Shown: positions 39,299-47,770 of the stretch, in pieces
How positions within the stretch are numbered: position 1 is the first letter of the stretch
Layout: each line of letters starts with the position of its first letter
DNA from: an uncultured Gammaproteobacteria bacterium
GTDB taxonomy: Bacteria; Patescibacteriota; Patescibacteriia; UBA11705; DATKZF01
Length of the DNA: 64,000 bases
Assembly: GCA_964411255.1 (NCBI GenBank)
Contig: CAYPKD010000001.1
Location: 71,331 to 135,330 of the forward strand
Direction: 5' to 3'
Program-made: the position numbers and the translations under genes
The notes under the pieces: model-generated
Told to the model about the DNA's origin: nothing
Seen by the model: only the letters and a program-made list of their open reading frames with translations
The model's database searches: none

Positions 39299-39365
39299 GA
39301 AGGCTTAAGAGGGCTTGAGGGGGCTTGATAAGGCTATGGGGTAGAGAGGTAAGGAAGGCTTCTCC
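39299..39365. repeat. 10-mer tandem array, left flank of the four-helix-bundle gene
   Basis: AGGCTTAAGA GGGCTTGAGG GGGCTTGATA AGGCT. Confidence 0.75.
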
Positions 39366-39380
39366 AAATTTTTACCTTTT

Positions 39381-39791
39381 TTATTTATTTTTCCCCTCAT
39401 TATCTTCCTCTGCCTTTTTAATTTCTAAAGATTGAATTGTTCTATCTAATAAATACATTGTTTTGATAGCACGATCTTCAAAGTGTTCATATAAATCATC
39501 ATTAATGTATCCTTTTCTTAGAACTCGTCTAACTCGTTCTTGTAATTCGCCATTTGATCTTTTGCTCATCCTTAAAAAACGCAAATATTCAGCAATATAC
39601 CCACTGTAATATCCTTCAACAAAATTAGCTCCTATAGAATCTGATGCGTTGTCTATTTGACTCTTTATCTTATATTCATTTTTTGGGATTCGTTTTAAAA
39701 TATCCTGTACAATTCTATCTAATTCATCTATACTTTGCCAAACAATCATTTTCCTATGGGCATAATTGTTATTTTTATATTGATTTTCCAT
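39381..39791 (-). CDS. Four-helix-bundle protein (23S rRNA IVP-like family)
   Basis: MIVWQ, PKNEY..SQI..ASDSIGANFVEGY, YLRFLRMSKRSNGEL. Confidence 0.9.
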   Translation of the reverse strand: MENQYKNNNYAHRKMIVWQSIDELDRIVQDILKRIPKNEYKIKSQIDNASDSIGANFVEGYYSGYIAEYLRFLRMSKRSNGELQERVRRVLRKGYINDDLYEHFEDRAIKTMYLLDRTIQSLEIKKAEEDNEGKNK

Positions 39792-39809
39792 GATTAATAA
39801 AATTTAAAT

Positions 39810-39870
39810 TGCCCTCTCTTCCTATTTACATCTCAACCTCTCAAGCCTTCTTCTGCCCTCTCAAGCCCTC
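39810..39870. repeat. 10-mer tandem array, right flank, inverted relative to the left
   Basis: TCAACCTC TCAAGCCTTC TTCTGCCCTC TCAAGCCCTC. Confidence 0.7.
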
Positions 39871-40223
39871 TACGTCATAATATTTTTGAAATGTTTTATT
39901 TTTGGATTATCTCCTAGCTCAACAATCATCACGTCAAGTTGAGGATCAAATTTTTCATATTCTGAATTTTCAGATAAAAAAATATCAAATGTATTTAATA
40001 TTTTCTTTAATTTCTTATCATGTATATTTTCTTCAGGATAAAATTGTGAATATTCAGATTTACTCTTTACTTCAATAATTATTATTGAATTGCCTTGGCT
40101 GGCAATAATGTCAATCTCACCGCCAAATCTTTTAAAATTTCTTTTAATAATTTTATAGCCTTTCTTTTCCAAAAATTCCCCAGCAATTTGCTCTCCACGT
40201 CTTCCAGTACTCATTCTATCCAT
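39870..40223 (-). CDS. yraN: YraN family (UPF0102) nuclease
   Basis: GRRGEQIA..LEKKGYKII.RN..GEIDIIA..IEVK. Confidence 0.92.
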   Translation of the reverse strand: MDRMSTGRRGEQIAGEFLEKKGYKIIKRNFKRFGGEIDIIASQGNSIIIIEVKSKSEYSQFYPEENIHDKKLKKILNTFDIFLSENSEYEKFDPQLDVMIVELGDNPKIKHFKNIMT

Positions 40224-40224
40224 A

Positions 40225-40776
40225 TTAGATTTTTAATAATACTTTTGCAAAATGATCGTCATCCAAATACAACTCTTTTAATGTATCCAACTTTGCTCGC
40301 TTAGTCCATTTTTTCATATCCTCTTCTGTAATTCTCTGATCACTTGGCGGACCATATGAATTTGAATTTACTTTCCAATCTACAATTAATAATTTACCCT
40401 GCGGTTTCAACAATGAACTGATTGCTGATAAAAATGTAGGCTTTTTTTTAATTTGATAAAGTGTATTAACCAATAGCGCTATGTCAGACTTTGGCAAATC
40501 TGCATTTTTTAATTTCTCTAAATCAGCCCATACTGGATTAACATGTTTTAATCTTAATTCTGCGCTTTTTCTCTTAATATTTTTTACTGCTGCTGGACAT
40601 ATATCTATGGCATGTACTTCACCAGTTCTACCAACAGTTTGAGCCATTGGAAAAGTCCAAAAGCCATGATGTCCGCATCCCAAATCTAAAACTTGATGTC
40701 CTGGTCGAACACCCAAATGAGCCATCAACTGGTCAAAGTCATACAAATGATGTTTTGTCAGATAACTATACGGCAT
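40225..40776 (-). CDS. Class I SAM-dependent methyltransferase
   Basis: VLDLGCG, VHAID, LKPQGKLLIVDW. Confidence 0.88.
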   Translation of the reverse strand: MPYSYLTKHHLYDFDQLMAHLGVRPGHQVLDLGCGHHGFWTFPMAQTVGRTGEVHAIDICPAAVKNIKRKSAELRLKHVNPVWADLEKLKNADLPKSDIALLVNTLYQIKKKPTFLSAISSLLKPQGKLLIVDWKVNSNSYGPPSDQRITEEDMKKWTKRAKLDTLKELYLDDDHFAKVLLKI

Positions 40777-40799
40777 AATTTATAAATTGATCTTTTTGA

Positions 40800-41039
40800 C
40801 TAAAATAGTCTTCCAAAGATTGCTTCCAATACTTTCTCATGAAGTTTGGTCATTACTAAAAATCCTACAAAAATCAGCAATAGGCCAATTAATTTTAATA
40901 AAAACCTGGTACCGCCACTGCCAAAAATTTTCTCTCCAAACGGTAAACTCCCAACTGCCCGGTACACTCTATCAGTTTTCCAAACAATTAAAAAACCAGC
41001 CACTACCATTAATAATCCAATTATAATTCTACCCACCAT
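40800..41039 (-). CDS. Small 2-TM hypothetical protein
   Basis: Two hydrophobic helices, EKIFGSGGTR loop, co-oriented with neighbours. Confidence 0.75.
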   Translation of the reverse strand: MVGRIIIGLLMVVAGFLIVWKTDRVYRAVGSLPFGEKIFGSGGTRFLLKLIGLLLIFVGFLVMTKLHEKVLEAIFGRLF

Positions 41040-41149
41040 ATATTTTTGTTTTTATAGTGATTCAACTAACATTTATTATACCAAAATCTGAAAAACTGAG
41101 CAAAATAATTATAAACAAACAAAAAAGCTCCATTTAATTTAATGAAGCT

Positions 41150-42346
41150 CTATCTTCGACAAACATAAGCAATGATCAAATTGGGAAGACCAAACACAAC
41201 ATAAAATACCATTAAAAGAACAGACATCCAAAATCCCAATGCCTGAACAATGCAAACAATAAAGTAAAAACCAATTAGTTGTGCCCAAAAAGTTCTAGCA
41301 GTTGCACTGCCACTTATGTTTTTATTTAAAAATGCCATTAAAATACAGGCAATTAAAATTCGAACCGGTACATAATCTGTGGCAAAACCAGCCAAGTAAT
41401 ATACTCCAAATACCATTGCTACCAATATTGGTGGGACTGCTAAAGTTATAGCTAATCCAGCCTTTAATTCCTTATCACTTATTTCCTTTTTACCTGCAAA
41501 TCCAGCATCATCATAAAGTAAAAATGAAAACACAAACCTAATACAACTTTCCAGAAATAAAAATGCTATTAAATAATCCTGAAATTTCCATCCGCTAATC
41601 ACAAATTGAGGCTCATCTGCAAACCAAACCATTATGTCACTGATTGGCTGTCTCATTAATACGTAACAGCCAACAATTAGAATTAGACTATATAGTGTTT
41701 TATAAACATATTCCTGATCAACTTCTTGCTTCTTCATCATACTAAACAATACAGCATTTGCTGCAAAGTGAGTCAAAACAGATGCAAACAATCCATGCTT
41801 TACATATATATATGTAAAAAAAATTCCACTTAAAAATTGTGGCAACACTCTGATGATATGCCTATCTTCTCTATTATAATTTCTTAGATGGATTAATGCC
41901 CAAGTGGCATTTCCAATAAAGAATAAAACATAAAAAGCTATTGTACCTGAAAAAGCCGGGATCTTTGTTAGCAATCCAAGAAACAGTGCGCGTGCATATA
42001 ATTCTTCAATAATGACCAAAATAAAAAACTTGAAAAAGAATGCTCTTGCTTTAGTAAAATTTGATCTGTCAAATATAGTAATTTCTGCATTACCAACCAT
42101 TAAAGCTACTAAAACTACACTTAGACCAGCGACCATCAAATCCAGGCTGACTGTTCCAAAAATATCTGCCAGCATATTAAGAAAAGTAGCATTGTCTTTT
42201 TCAATTAGGTCTACATTACCAATAACCAACTGCCAAACTTCTTGTCCAACTGGCTTTAAGCTGCCAACCCATGCAGCAATCGCAATCACAATCGCTAGAG
42301 ATCCAAAAAGTGACCATCTAGCAGCATATTGTATATTCCGCTCCAT
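41150..42346 (-). CDS. CPBP (CAAX/Abi) intramembrane metalloprotease with extra TM region
   Basis: EELYAR, WALIH and HFAAN motifs; AAGGAG SD. Confidence 0.8.
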   Translation of the reverse strand: MERNIQYAARWSLFGSLAIVIAIAAWVGSLKPVGQEVWQLVIGNVDLIEKDNATFLNMLADIFGTVSLDLMVAGLSVVLVALMVGNAEITIFDRSNFTKARAFFFKFFILVIIEELYARALFLGLLTKIPAFSGTIAFYVLFFIGNATWALIHLRNYNREDRHIIRVLPQFLSGIFFTYIYVKHGLFASVLTHFAANAVLFSMMKKQEVDQEYVYKTLYSLILIVGCYVLMRQPISDIMVWFADEPQFVISGWKFQDYLIAFLFLESCIRFVFSFLLYDDAGFAGKKEISDKELKAGLAITLAVPPILVAMVFGVYYLAGFATDYVPVRILIACILMAFLNKNISGSATARTFWAQLIGFYFIVCIVQALGFWMSVLLMVFYVVFGLPNLIIAYVCRR

Positions 42347-42441
42347 CTGGCTGCTCCTTCTTGTCCTTGAATTTCAAAGTTCAAAGATGACAATAAACTT
42401 TATCATGATCATAAATTATTGTCAATTAAAAACCCAGCAAA

Positions 42442-42619
42442 TTATTTTTTGCTGGGAAATGATAAATGCCCGCAGTCTGGACAAATTACTCCTTTGAAAT
42501 AATGGCCGCAATGCCGCTTTGGCCCTTTCTTAATTTTTTCTAATTTTAATTCCACATCTTCTGCAATACAAATCTTCATCCAAAGCTTTCATTTTGCACT
42601 TAGGGCAATTTCGTTTCAT
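42442..42619 (-). pseudogene. Double zinc-ribbon protein interrupted by a 1-nt frameshift
   Basis: MKRNCPKC..YCRRCGIKIRKN*, then ..RHCGH..ICPDCGH..* in the next frame across an A6 run; AAGGA SD and TTGACA promoter. Confidence 0.55.
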
Positions 42620-42728
42620 TACTGCCATCCTTTCCAAACAATATTGTAATAAAATAAATTATCATAATATTTTGGAAATGTCAATAATAAAAAAAGAGCA
42701 TTTTATAGACATGCTCAGGTCATTTGAG

Positions 42729-43343
42729 TTAGTCCTCCCAGTAAGCGAAGGAATCCATCCAGTCTGGATAGTTTTCGTCCAGCCAGACCCGTGCCTGTTT
42801 GATCAGCTGTCGCGTTATCCTGTACCGCTGGAGTCTGTCACCCTCGAGCTCGGCCACTTCTGTGACGTGCAAGGTCTTGCCGCAGTCGGTCACTACTCCG
42901 CCGTCTGTGACATAGGCCAGATACTCTGCTTCTGATTCCAGCTGGCTGGTATCGTGGCACGACTCGTGGATACCGAACCGTGGGGCCAGGATCAGAGAGG
43001 CTACCCGTTGATAGTGGTTGGGCTTGTAGAAGATCCGAGCCCTTTCTCTGTCCTGATCGTCTATCAGCATGCTCAGCCAGGGATGGCCTGAAGCCACCCT
43101 TTTCCAGCCTGCTGGCAAACGCACCAGCTGAAACAACTCGTCATCTGCTGGACCGAGGAATTCCACTCCGGCCTTTTCCAAAACTTCCTTTGCACCTTCT
43201 GGCTCGACTTCGGCTGGCAGCATCTCTGATGCTGATGTCAAGAAATCCTGCTGTCCTTTCCTTTCTTCGTCGGCCACTACCTGATGTGGTCCGTGTTTTA
43301 CTGATTCTGCTAGGAAATCGAGTGCTTGTTGTTTGGATAACAT
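42729..43343 (-). CDS. GC-rich hypothetical protein, phage-like orphan
   Basis: AAGGAGG SD, own promoter near 43420-43448, high GC, adjacent to the tRNA 3' end. Confidence 0.8.
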   Translation of the reverse strand: MLSKQQALDFLAESVKHGPHQVVADEERKGQQDFLTSASEMLPAEVEPEGAKEVLEKAGVEFLGPADDELFQLVRLPAGWKRVASGHPWLSMLIDDQDRERARIFYKPNHYQRVASLILAPRFGIHESCHDTSQLESEAEYLAYVTDGGVVTDCGKTLHVTEVAELEGDRLQRYRITRQLIKQARVWLDENYPDWMDSFAYWED

Positions 43344-43522
43344 TTTCAATCCTCCTTAAAATATAATGATTTTGTAATAAACAGCGACCTATTCACTGTT
43401 AAAAAAGATCAATAAATCATCATAGCACAAAAATTGTAAAAAGTCAATAATAAAAACAGAACCTATATTCTGTTCTTATGGCTGTGCCATCCGAAGCTCT
43501 GAGTGTAACGAAGAGCCAAGGA

Positions 43523-43609
43523 TGGTGCGCGGAGAGGGAGTTGAACCCTCACGCCCAAATGGACACTGGCCCCTCAAGCCAGCCTGTCTACCAATTCCAG
43601 CACCCGCGC
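43523..43609 (-). tRNA. tRNA-Leu(GAG)
   Basis: Cloverleaf with CTGGC-TTGAGGG-GCCAG anticodon arm, long variable arm, GGTTCAA T-loop, encoded CCA. Confidence 0.96.
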
Positions 43610-43666
43610 AAATAAAAAACAAATAATCAATGATTTTTGTTTCTATTTAATTATCTAAATTATCTG

Positions 43667-43855
43667 CTATTCAGCAATAATTGCTTGAACCGGGCATCCT
43701 TGAGCAGCCTCTTTAATCTTATCTTCAAATTGGCTTAGATCTGCTTCAGCAATCACCTCAGATTTATTCTCTTCGTTTAATCTAAAAACTTCAGGCGCCA
43801 CACTAACGCAATATCCGCAACCAATACATTTTCCTTGATCAATTTTTATATTCAT
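43667..43855 (-). CDS. Ferredoxin
   Basis: CIGCGYC...CPVQAI. Confidence 0.92.
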   Translation of the reverse strand: MNIKIDQGKCIGCGYCVSVAPEVFRLNEENKSEVIAEADLSQFEDKIKEAAQGCPVQAIIAE

Positions 43856-43951
43856 ATTTATTTTTAATAATAGGTAAAAAGTTAGAAAAATTAAAAGTTA
43901 AACAGGTTATAAGGTTATAATATTCGCATCGCTTTAAACAATGAAACAATT

Positions 43952-44737
43952 TTAAAATTTCCTGTGCCGACCAACAATTAATTTCAATTTTTTATCAACT
44001 GATTTAATCTTGATCGGTGTTTTAATTACATAAGAGTTATCCAATTTGGCAGGCAAATATTCAAAGCTATTGATTTCAAATTCCTTTGCTGGCAAAACTG
44101 TCTTGCTATAGCGCAGTTTTCTTTTATTCTTTTTGAATAATCCAGCTGCAAAACCTGCTTTTTCTGTTACCACAAAATCCAGCATGCCGTCCTGAGGATT
44201 TATTTGCTTTAATATCTTTTTATTATCAATATCCTGATCAAAACAATGAAAATTTATGATCTGCACAGATTGGCAGTTTGGCTGGGGAATTATCTGAAAG
44301 CTGTCCTTTTTCAAATTAATACGTGAAATATCTTTTTCAATTTTTAAATCAGAAAAAAAATATACATCATTTGCCAGGCCCAAATCAACTCTTTCAACTT
44401 TCCTGGCTGCTAGGATATCACAAGCCAATTCCTCAGGAGGAATACCCAAAGATTTCGCAATCAGATTATCTTCTCCAATTGGAATTATACCCAAAGTCAG
44501 GTCATTTTTTGCAATAACATTAATCACCTTTAAAAAAGTTCGATCATTTCCAATCACTACCACTGTATTTACACCATTTCTTATTTCATCTTCTATTAAT
44601 TCATTTGCACTTTTTAAAAGCGATAAATGCCCTGGTTTCCCCTGTATATCCAGGTCCAAAAATCGTGTCCTAATCTTATCAATAATTTTTTCATACTTTG
44701 GGTCGCTTAAAAAAGAATCGTAAAGATAATAATACAT
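43952..44737 (-). CDS. Diacylglycerol kinase-like (YegS/DAGK) protein, degenerate
   Basis: VVVIGNDRT, LGIIPIG..NLIAKSLGI, VDLG, DGMLD. Confidence 0.75.
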   Translation of the reverse strand: MYYYLYDSFLSDPKYEKIIDKIRTRFLDLDIQGKPGHLSLLKSANELIEDEIRNGVNTVVVIGNDRTFLKVINVIAKNDLTLGIIPIGEDNLIAKSLGIPPEELACDILAARKVERVDLGLANDVYFFSDLKIEKDISRINLKKDSFQIIPQPNCQSVQIINFHCFDQDIDNKKILKQINPQDGMLDFVVTEKAGFAAGLFKKNKRKLRYSKTVLPAKEFEINSFEYLPAKLDNSYVIKTPIKIKSVDKKLKLIVGRHRKF

Positions 44738-44761
44738 AATATTATCCTGTTCAAACAAGAT

Positions 44762-45196
44762 TTAAAAATCTACTTCATCTTCCTCAGTCTCCTTGTTTTT
44801 GTCCTTTTTATCTTCTTTCTCTTCTTTTATTGGAGCAGCGGCGCCTTCTTGCATTTTTACACTGCCATTAATAATTGCTCCTTCCTCAACTTTTAGGATT
44901 TTTGTACTGATATCGCCATTTATTCGGGCGCTGCTGGTTAATTCCACTCTTCCAGTAGCATTTAAATTACCATTTACTTCACCTGAAATAGCAGCCTCAC
45001 CGGCATTGACCTCTGCATCCACTTTTGCCTGCTGACCAATAGTTAAATGCCTTTCAGTTTTAACTGAGCCTGAAACCTGGCCTTCAATAACAATATTGCC
45101 TTCACTGGCAAGATCACCTTCTATTTTTATTGATCCTCCAATTACTGTATCCCCCTCTTGTTGACTATAATTTTCATCATTATTGTCTTTGAACAT
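44762..45196 (-). CDS. Bactofilin (polymer-forming cytoskeletal protein)
   Basis: TVIG..IEGDL..IEGQVSG beta-helix repeats, VEEGAIING. Confidence 0.92.
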   Translation of the reverse strand: MFKDNNDENYSQQEGDTVIGGSIKIEGDLASEGNIVIEGQVSGSVKTERHLTIGQQAKVDAEVNAGEAAISGEVNGNLNATGRVELTSSARINGDISTKILKVEEGAIINGSVKMQEGAAAPIKEEKEDKKDKNKETEEDEVDF

Positions 45197-45313
45197 AGAT
45201 TTTTCCCTAATTATTAATAGTTCCCCCCTTATATTAAGTTTTATTACTATAAATATTAAGCTATCCTGCAGGCTCTACCGACCCCTATATCTTAATATAA
45301 GCGTAAAAACTCG

Positions 45314-47656
45314 TCAATCTTGACTTTCTTCAACATCTTCTTCAGTCGGGCCTTCGATTAACTGGAATTCTGTGTCAGTTTCTATAGTTTTACCTAAATT
45401 ATCTAAAGCCTGATTGACAACCGCATTTTGAGGATCATATTCTAATATATTTTCTAAGCTTTCCCTGGCATTGCTTAATTGTCCTAATCTTTGGTAAATA
45501 CTTGCCATTACCCAATACCCGTCAGAAAAAGTTGGCGCCAAATCAATTGTCTGCTCTAATAAATCAATCGCTTTATCAGAATTTCCTAACTGATCATAAA
45601 TTATAGCTAAATAAAATTTGACTCCTATATCTTGCGGTACTTTTTGCTGCAAATTTTCTAATAAAACTACAGCCTGATCAAAATTTCCCAGTTCCCATTC
45701 AATCAAGGCTAACGTATAATGAGCTGGCCAATAATCCTGCTTTAGGTTAACTGCTGTAGTTGCGTTTTCCTTTGCTGCATTCAATAATGCCATTATCTTC
45801 TGCTCTACTTCAGTTGTATCTTCATCTTGCTGATCTAAATTCGCTTTTACAATTATCCATTCTCGGGCATGATCATGCTGTGATTTCGATATTTGATCCA
45901 ATAAAAATATATTGTTTGGAAAAGATATTAAAGCATCTAATAAACTTTGCTCAATCCATTCATATGAATTCGCAACCAAACCAACAGTTGATCTGTAAAA
46001 ATCCGCTGCTGTTAAATAATTCAAAAAATTCCTTGGATTTGCTTCAATCGATTTTGTTACTTGAATATTTGCCTTTTCAATCATATCTTGAAGGTTTGCT
46101 TCATATTCTATCCTTGAATTCTCATCTGGCACTATTGCTTTTAGATTATTTACGCTTAATATATAAAAATTTGCCAGCTGCCGGTGATAATTGTCATTAT
46201 TCTTATCCCATCTGGCTGCAAAAGAAATCCAGTTTTCAATCTGCGGCTGCATATTTATATCAAAGGCGTATTTTCTGGCTTGAAAAAAGGCCTGAGCAGC
46301 AACAAATCTTTTTATTGACAAACTCAACCCAATGACTGAGGCGACAAATAAGAGTAAAGCAATAATTATAATTAAATAATTTTTCTGCTTATATGTTTTT
46401 TTCTTTAATACAGTTGGTTTAATAGTGTAAATAATAATCCCAGCTAGAATAAACCAACTAAATACGCTTACAACTAAATTACTGATAAATAAAAAATGTC
46501 CAATCACAATAGCCAGCCAGATTACTCCCAAAGGCAGTATATAATCATCTTCTTTTTTATTTATTAACGATTTTATTGTTCTGATTGAAAAATATATTAG
46601 GAAAGCCAAATACGGAAGTATTACTACCAAACCGCCAGTTACCCATAAATCAAAGATCTTATTATATGAAAAATAAAACGTCTCTGACCAAAAGGCAGTA
46701 TCATTTACAAATTCCGGCCTGAATAAATTATAAGAAATTGAATAATTATTTATGCCTGTTCCCAATAAAGGGTATTCAGAAAACGCGCCTTTTGCCACTT
46801 CAAATGATGTATCGTAATTTGGCAACACCTCTACATTTACTTTTGGAATAAAATCAAGGCCGCCAATTCCCCAAAATATCGCTGAAACAACAATCACGAT
46901 TATTGGCAAACTAATAATTTTTACTGGTAGTTTTCTCTGCCTTACAAAATAAAATATTAAAAGCAACACTGATCCTGCAATTATCAACAACCAGCTGTTC
47001 CAAAGATTTATAGTCAATAAAACTACAACACTTAATGCTATATATATGGACAGTAAAACTTTTTGTAATAATTGTTTTTTATTTAAATATAAAACAAACA
47101 ATCCCAAACAAGCAATCACGCTTAAAGCCGTTAAATAACCCATGCTGACATTGTGCCCTATTAAATTGGCTGGCAGCCAGGTAAAAGTGAAAACCTTTGT
47201 TACAAATAAAATATAGATTATTTGAGAAAGCGTAATAGATGAAAGAAACAAGAAAAGATATTTTTTAAATTTTCCTTTATTTAAATAATTTATAGCAACA
47301 AAGAAAATTATCACTAATGCAGCTAAACTGATAAAACTCAAACTCCAGGTTTCACTTCCCCAAAAGCTACCATGCCTATACTGTGAAAAAATTGCAGAGA
47401 CCAACGCACCTGCAATAAAAAGAATTGGAAAAAAATAAGTCAATCCCTTGCCGATAAAATGAAATTTTTTATTTATTAATACCCAACCCGTCCAAAATAT
47501 TAAAAATAATAAAGAAACTCCTATTAAAAAATATTGCTTACTTAAAAGCACAAAAGGATTGTTTGGGATAAAAAATAAAGTGGATAAAGTAATTAAAAAA
47601 ATGAAAAATAAAATAAAATTTTCTAAAAAATCTGAAATAATTTCTCTTAATCTCAT
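45314..47656 (-). CDS. O-antigen ligase/O-oligosaccharyltransferase-like membrane protein with C-terminal TPRs
   Basis: About 12 TM segments, PLLGTGINNY loop, TPR-like C-terminus. Confidence 0.8.
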   Translation of the reverse strand: MRLREIISDFLENFILFFIFLITLSTLFFIPNNPFVLLSKQYFLIGVSLLFLIFWTGWVLINKKFHFIGKGLTYFFPILFIAGALVSAIFSQYRHGSFWGSETWSLSFISLAALVIIFFVAINYLNKGKFKKYLFLFLSSITLSQIIYILFVTKVFTFTWLPANLIGHNVSMGYLTALSVIACLGLFVLYLNKKQLLQKVLLSIYIALSVVVLLTINLWNSWLLIIAGSVLLLIFYFVRQRKLPVKIISLPIIVIVVSAIFWGIGGLDFIPKVNVEVLPNYDTSFEVAKGAFSEYPLLGTGINNYSISYNLFRPEFVNDTAFWSETFYFSYNKIFDLWVTGGLVVILPYLAFLIYFSIRTIKSLINKKEDDYILPLGVIWLAIVIGHFLFISNLVVSVFSWFILAGIIIYTIKPTVLKKKTYKQKNYLIIIIALLLFVASVIGLSLSIKRFVAAQAFFQARKYAFDINMQPQIENWISFAARWDKNNDNYHRQLANFYILSVNNLKAIVPDENSRIEYEANLQDMIEKANIQVTKSIEANPRNFLNYLTAADFYRSTVGLVANSYEWIEQSLLDALISFPNNIFLLDQISKSQHDHAREWIIVKANLDQQDEDTTEVEQKIMALLNAAKENATTAVNLKQDYWPAHYTLALIEWELGNFDQAVVLLENLQQKVPQDIGVKFYLAIIYDQLGNSDKAIDLLEQTIDLAPTFSDGYWVMASIYQRLGQLSNARESLENILEYDPQNAVVNQALDNLGKTIETDTEFQLIEGPTEEDVEESQD

Positions 47657-47770
47657 AGTCTAAAGTTAAGATTTAACATCTTTATTATATAATAAAACTG
47701 CCAATTTTCAAAAGCCCCTAATTTTTGAACGTTATAAAGGGCAAATTTGGCAGAATTTTTCAACACTAAT

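Noticed and set aside
39381-39791. Diversity-generating retroelement (Avd-like protein)
   Set aside because: No reverse transcriptase and no TR/VR pair differing only at adenines. The duplications in the 2059-aa gene differ at all base types.
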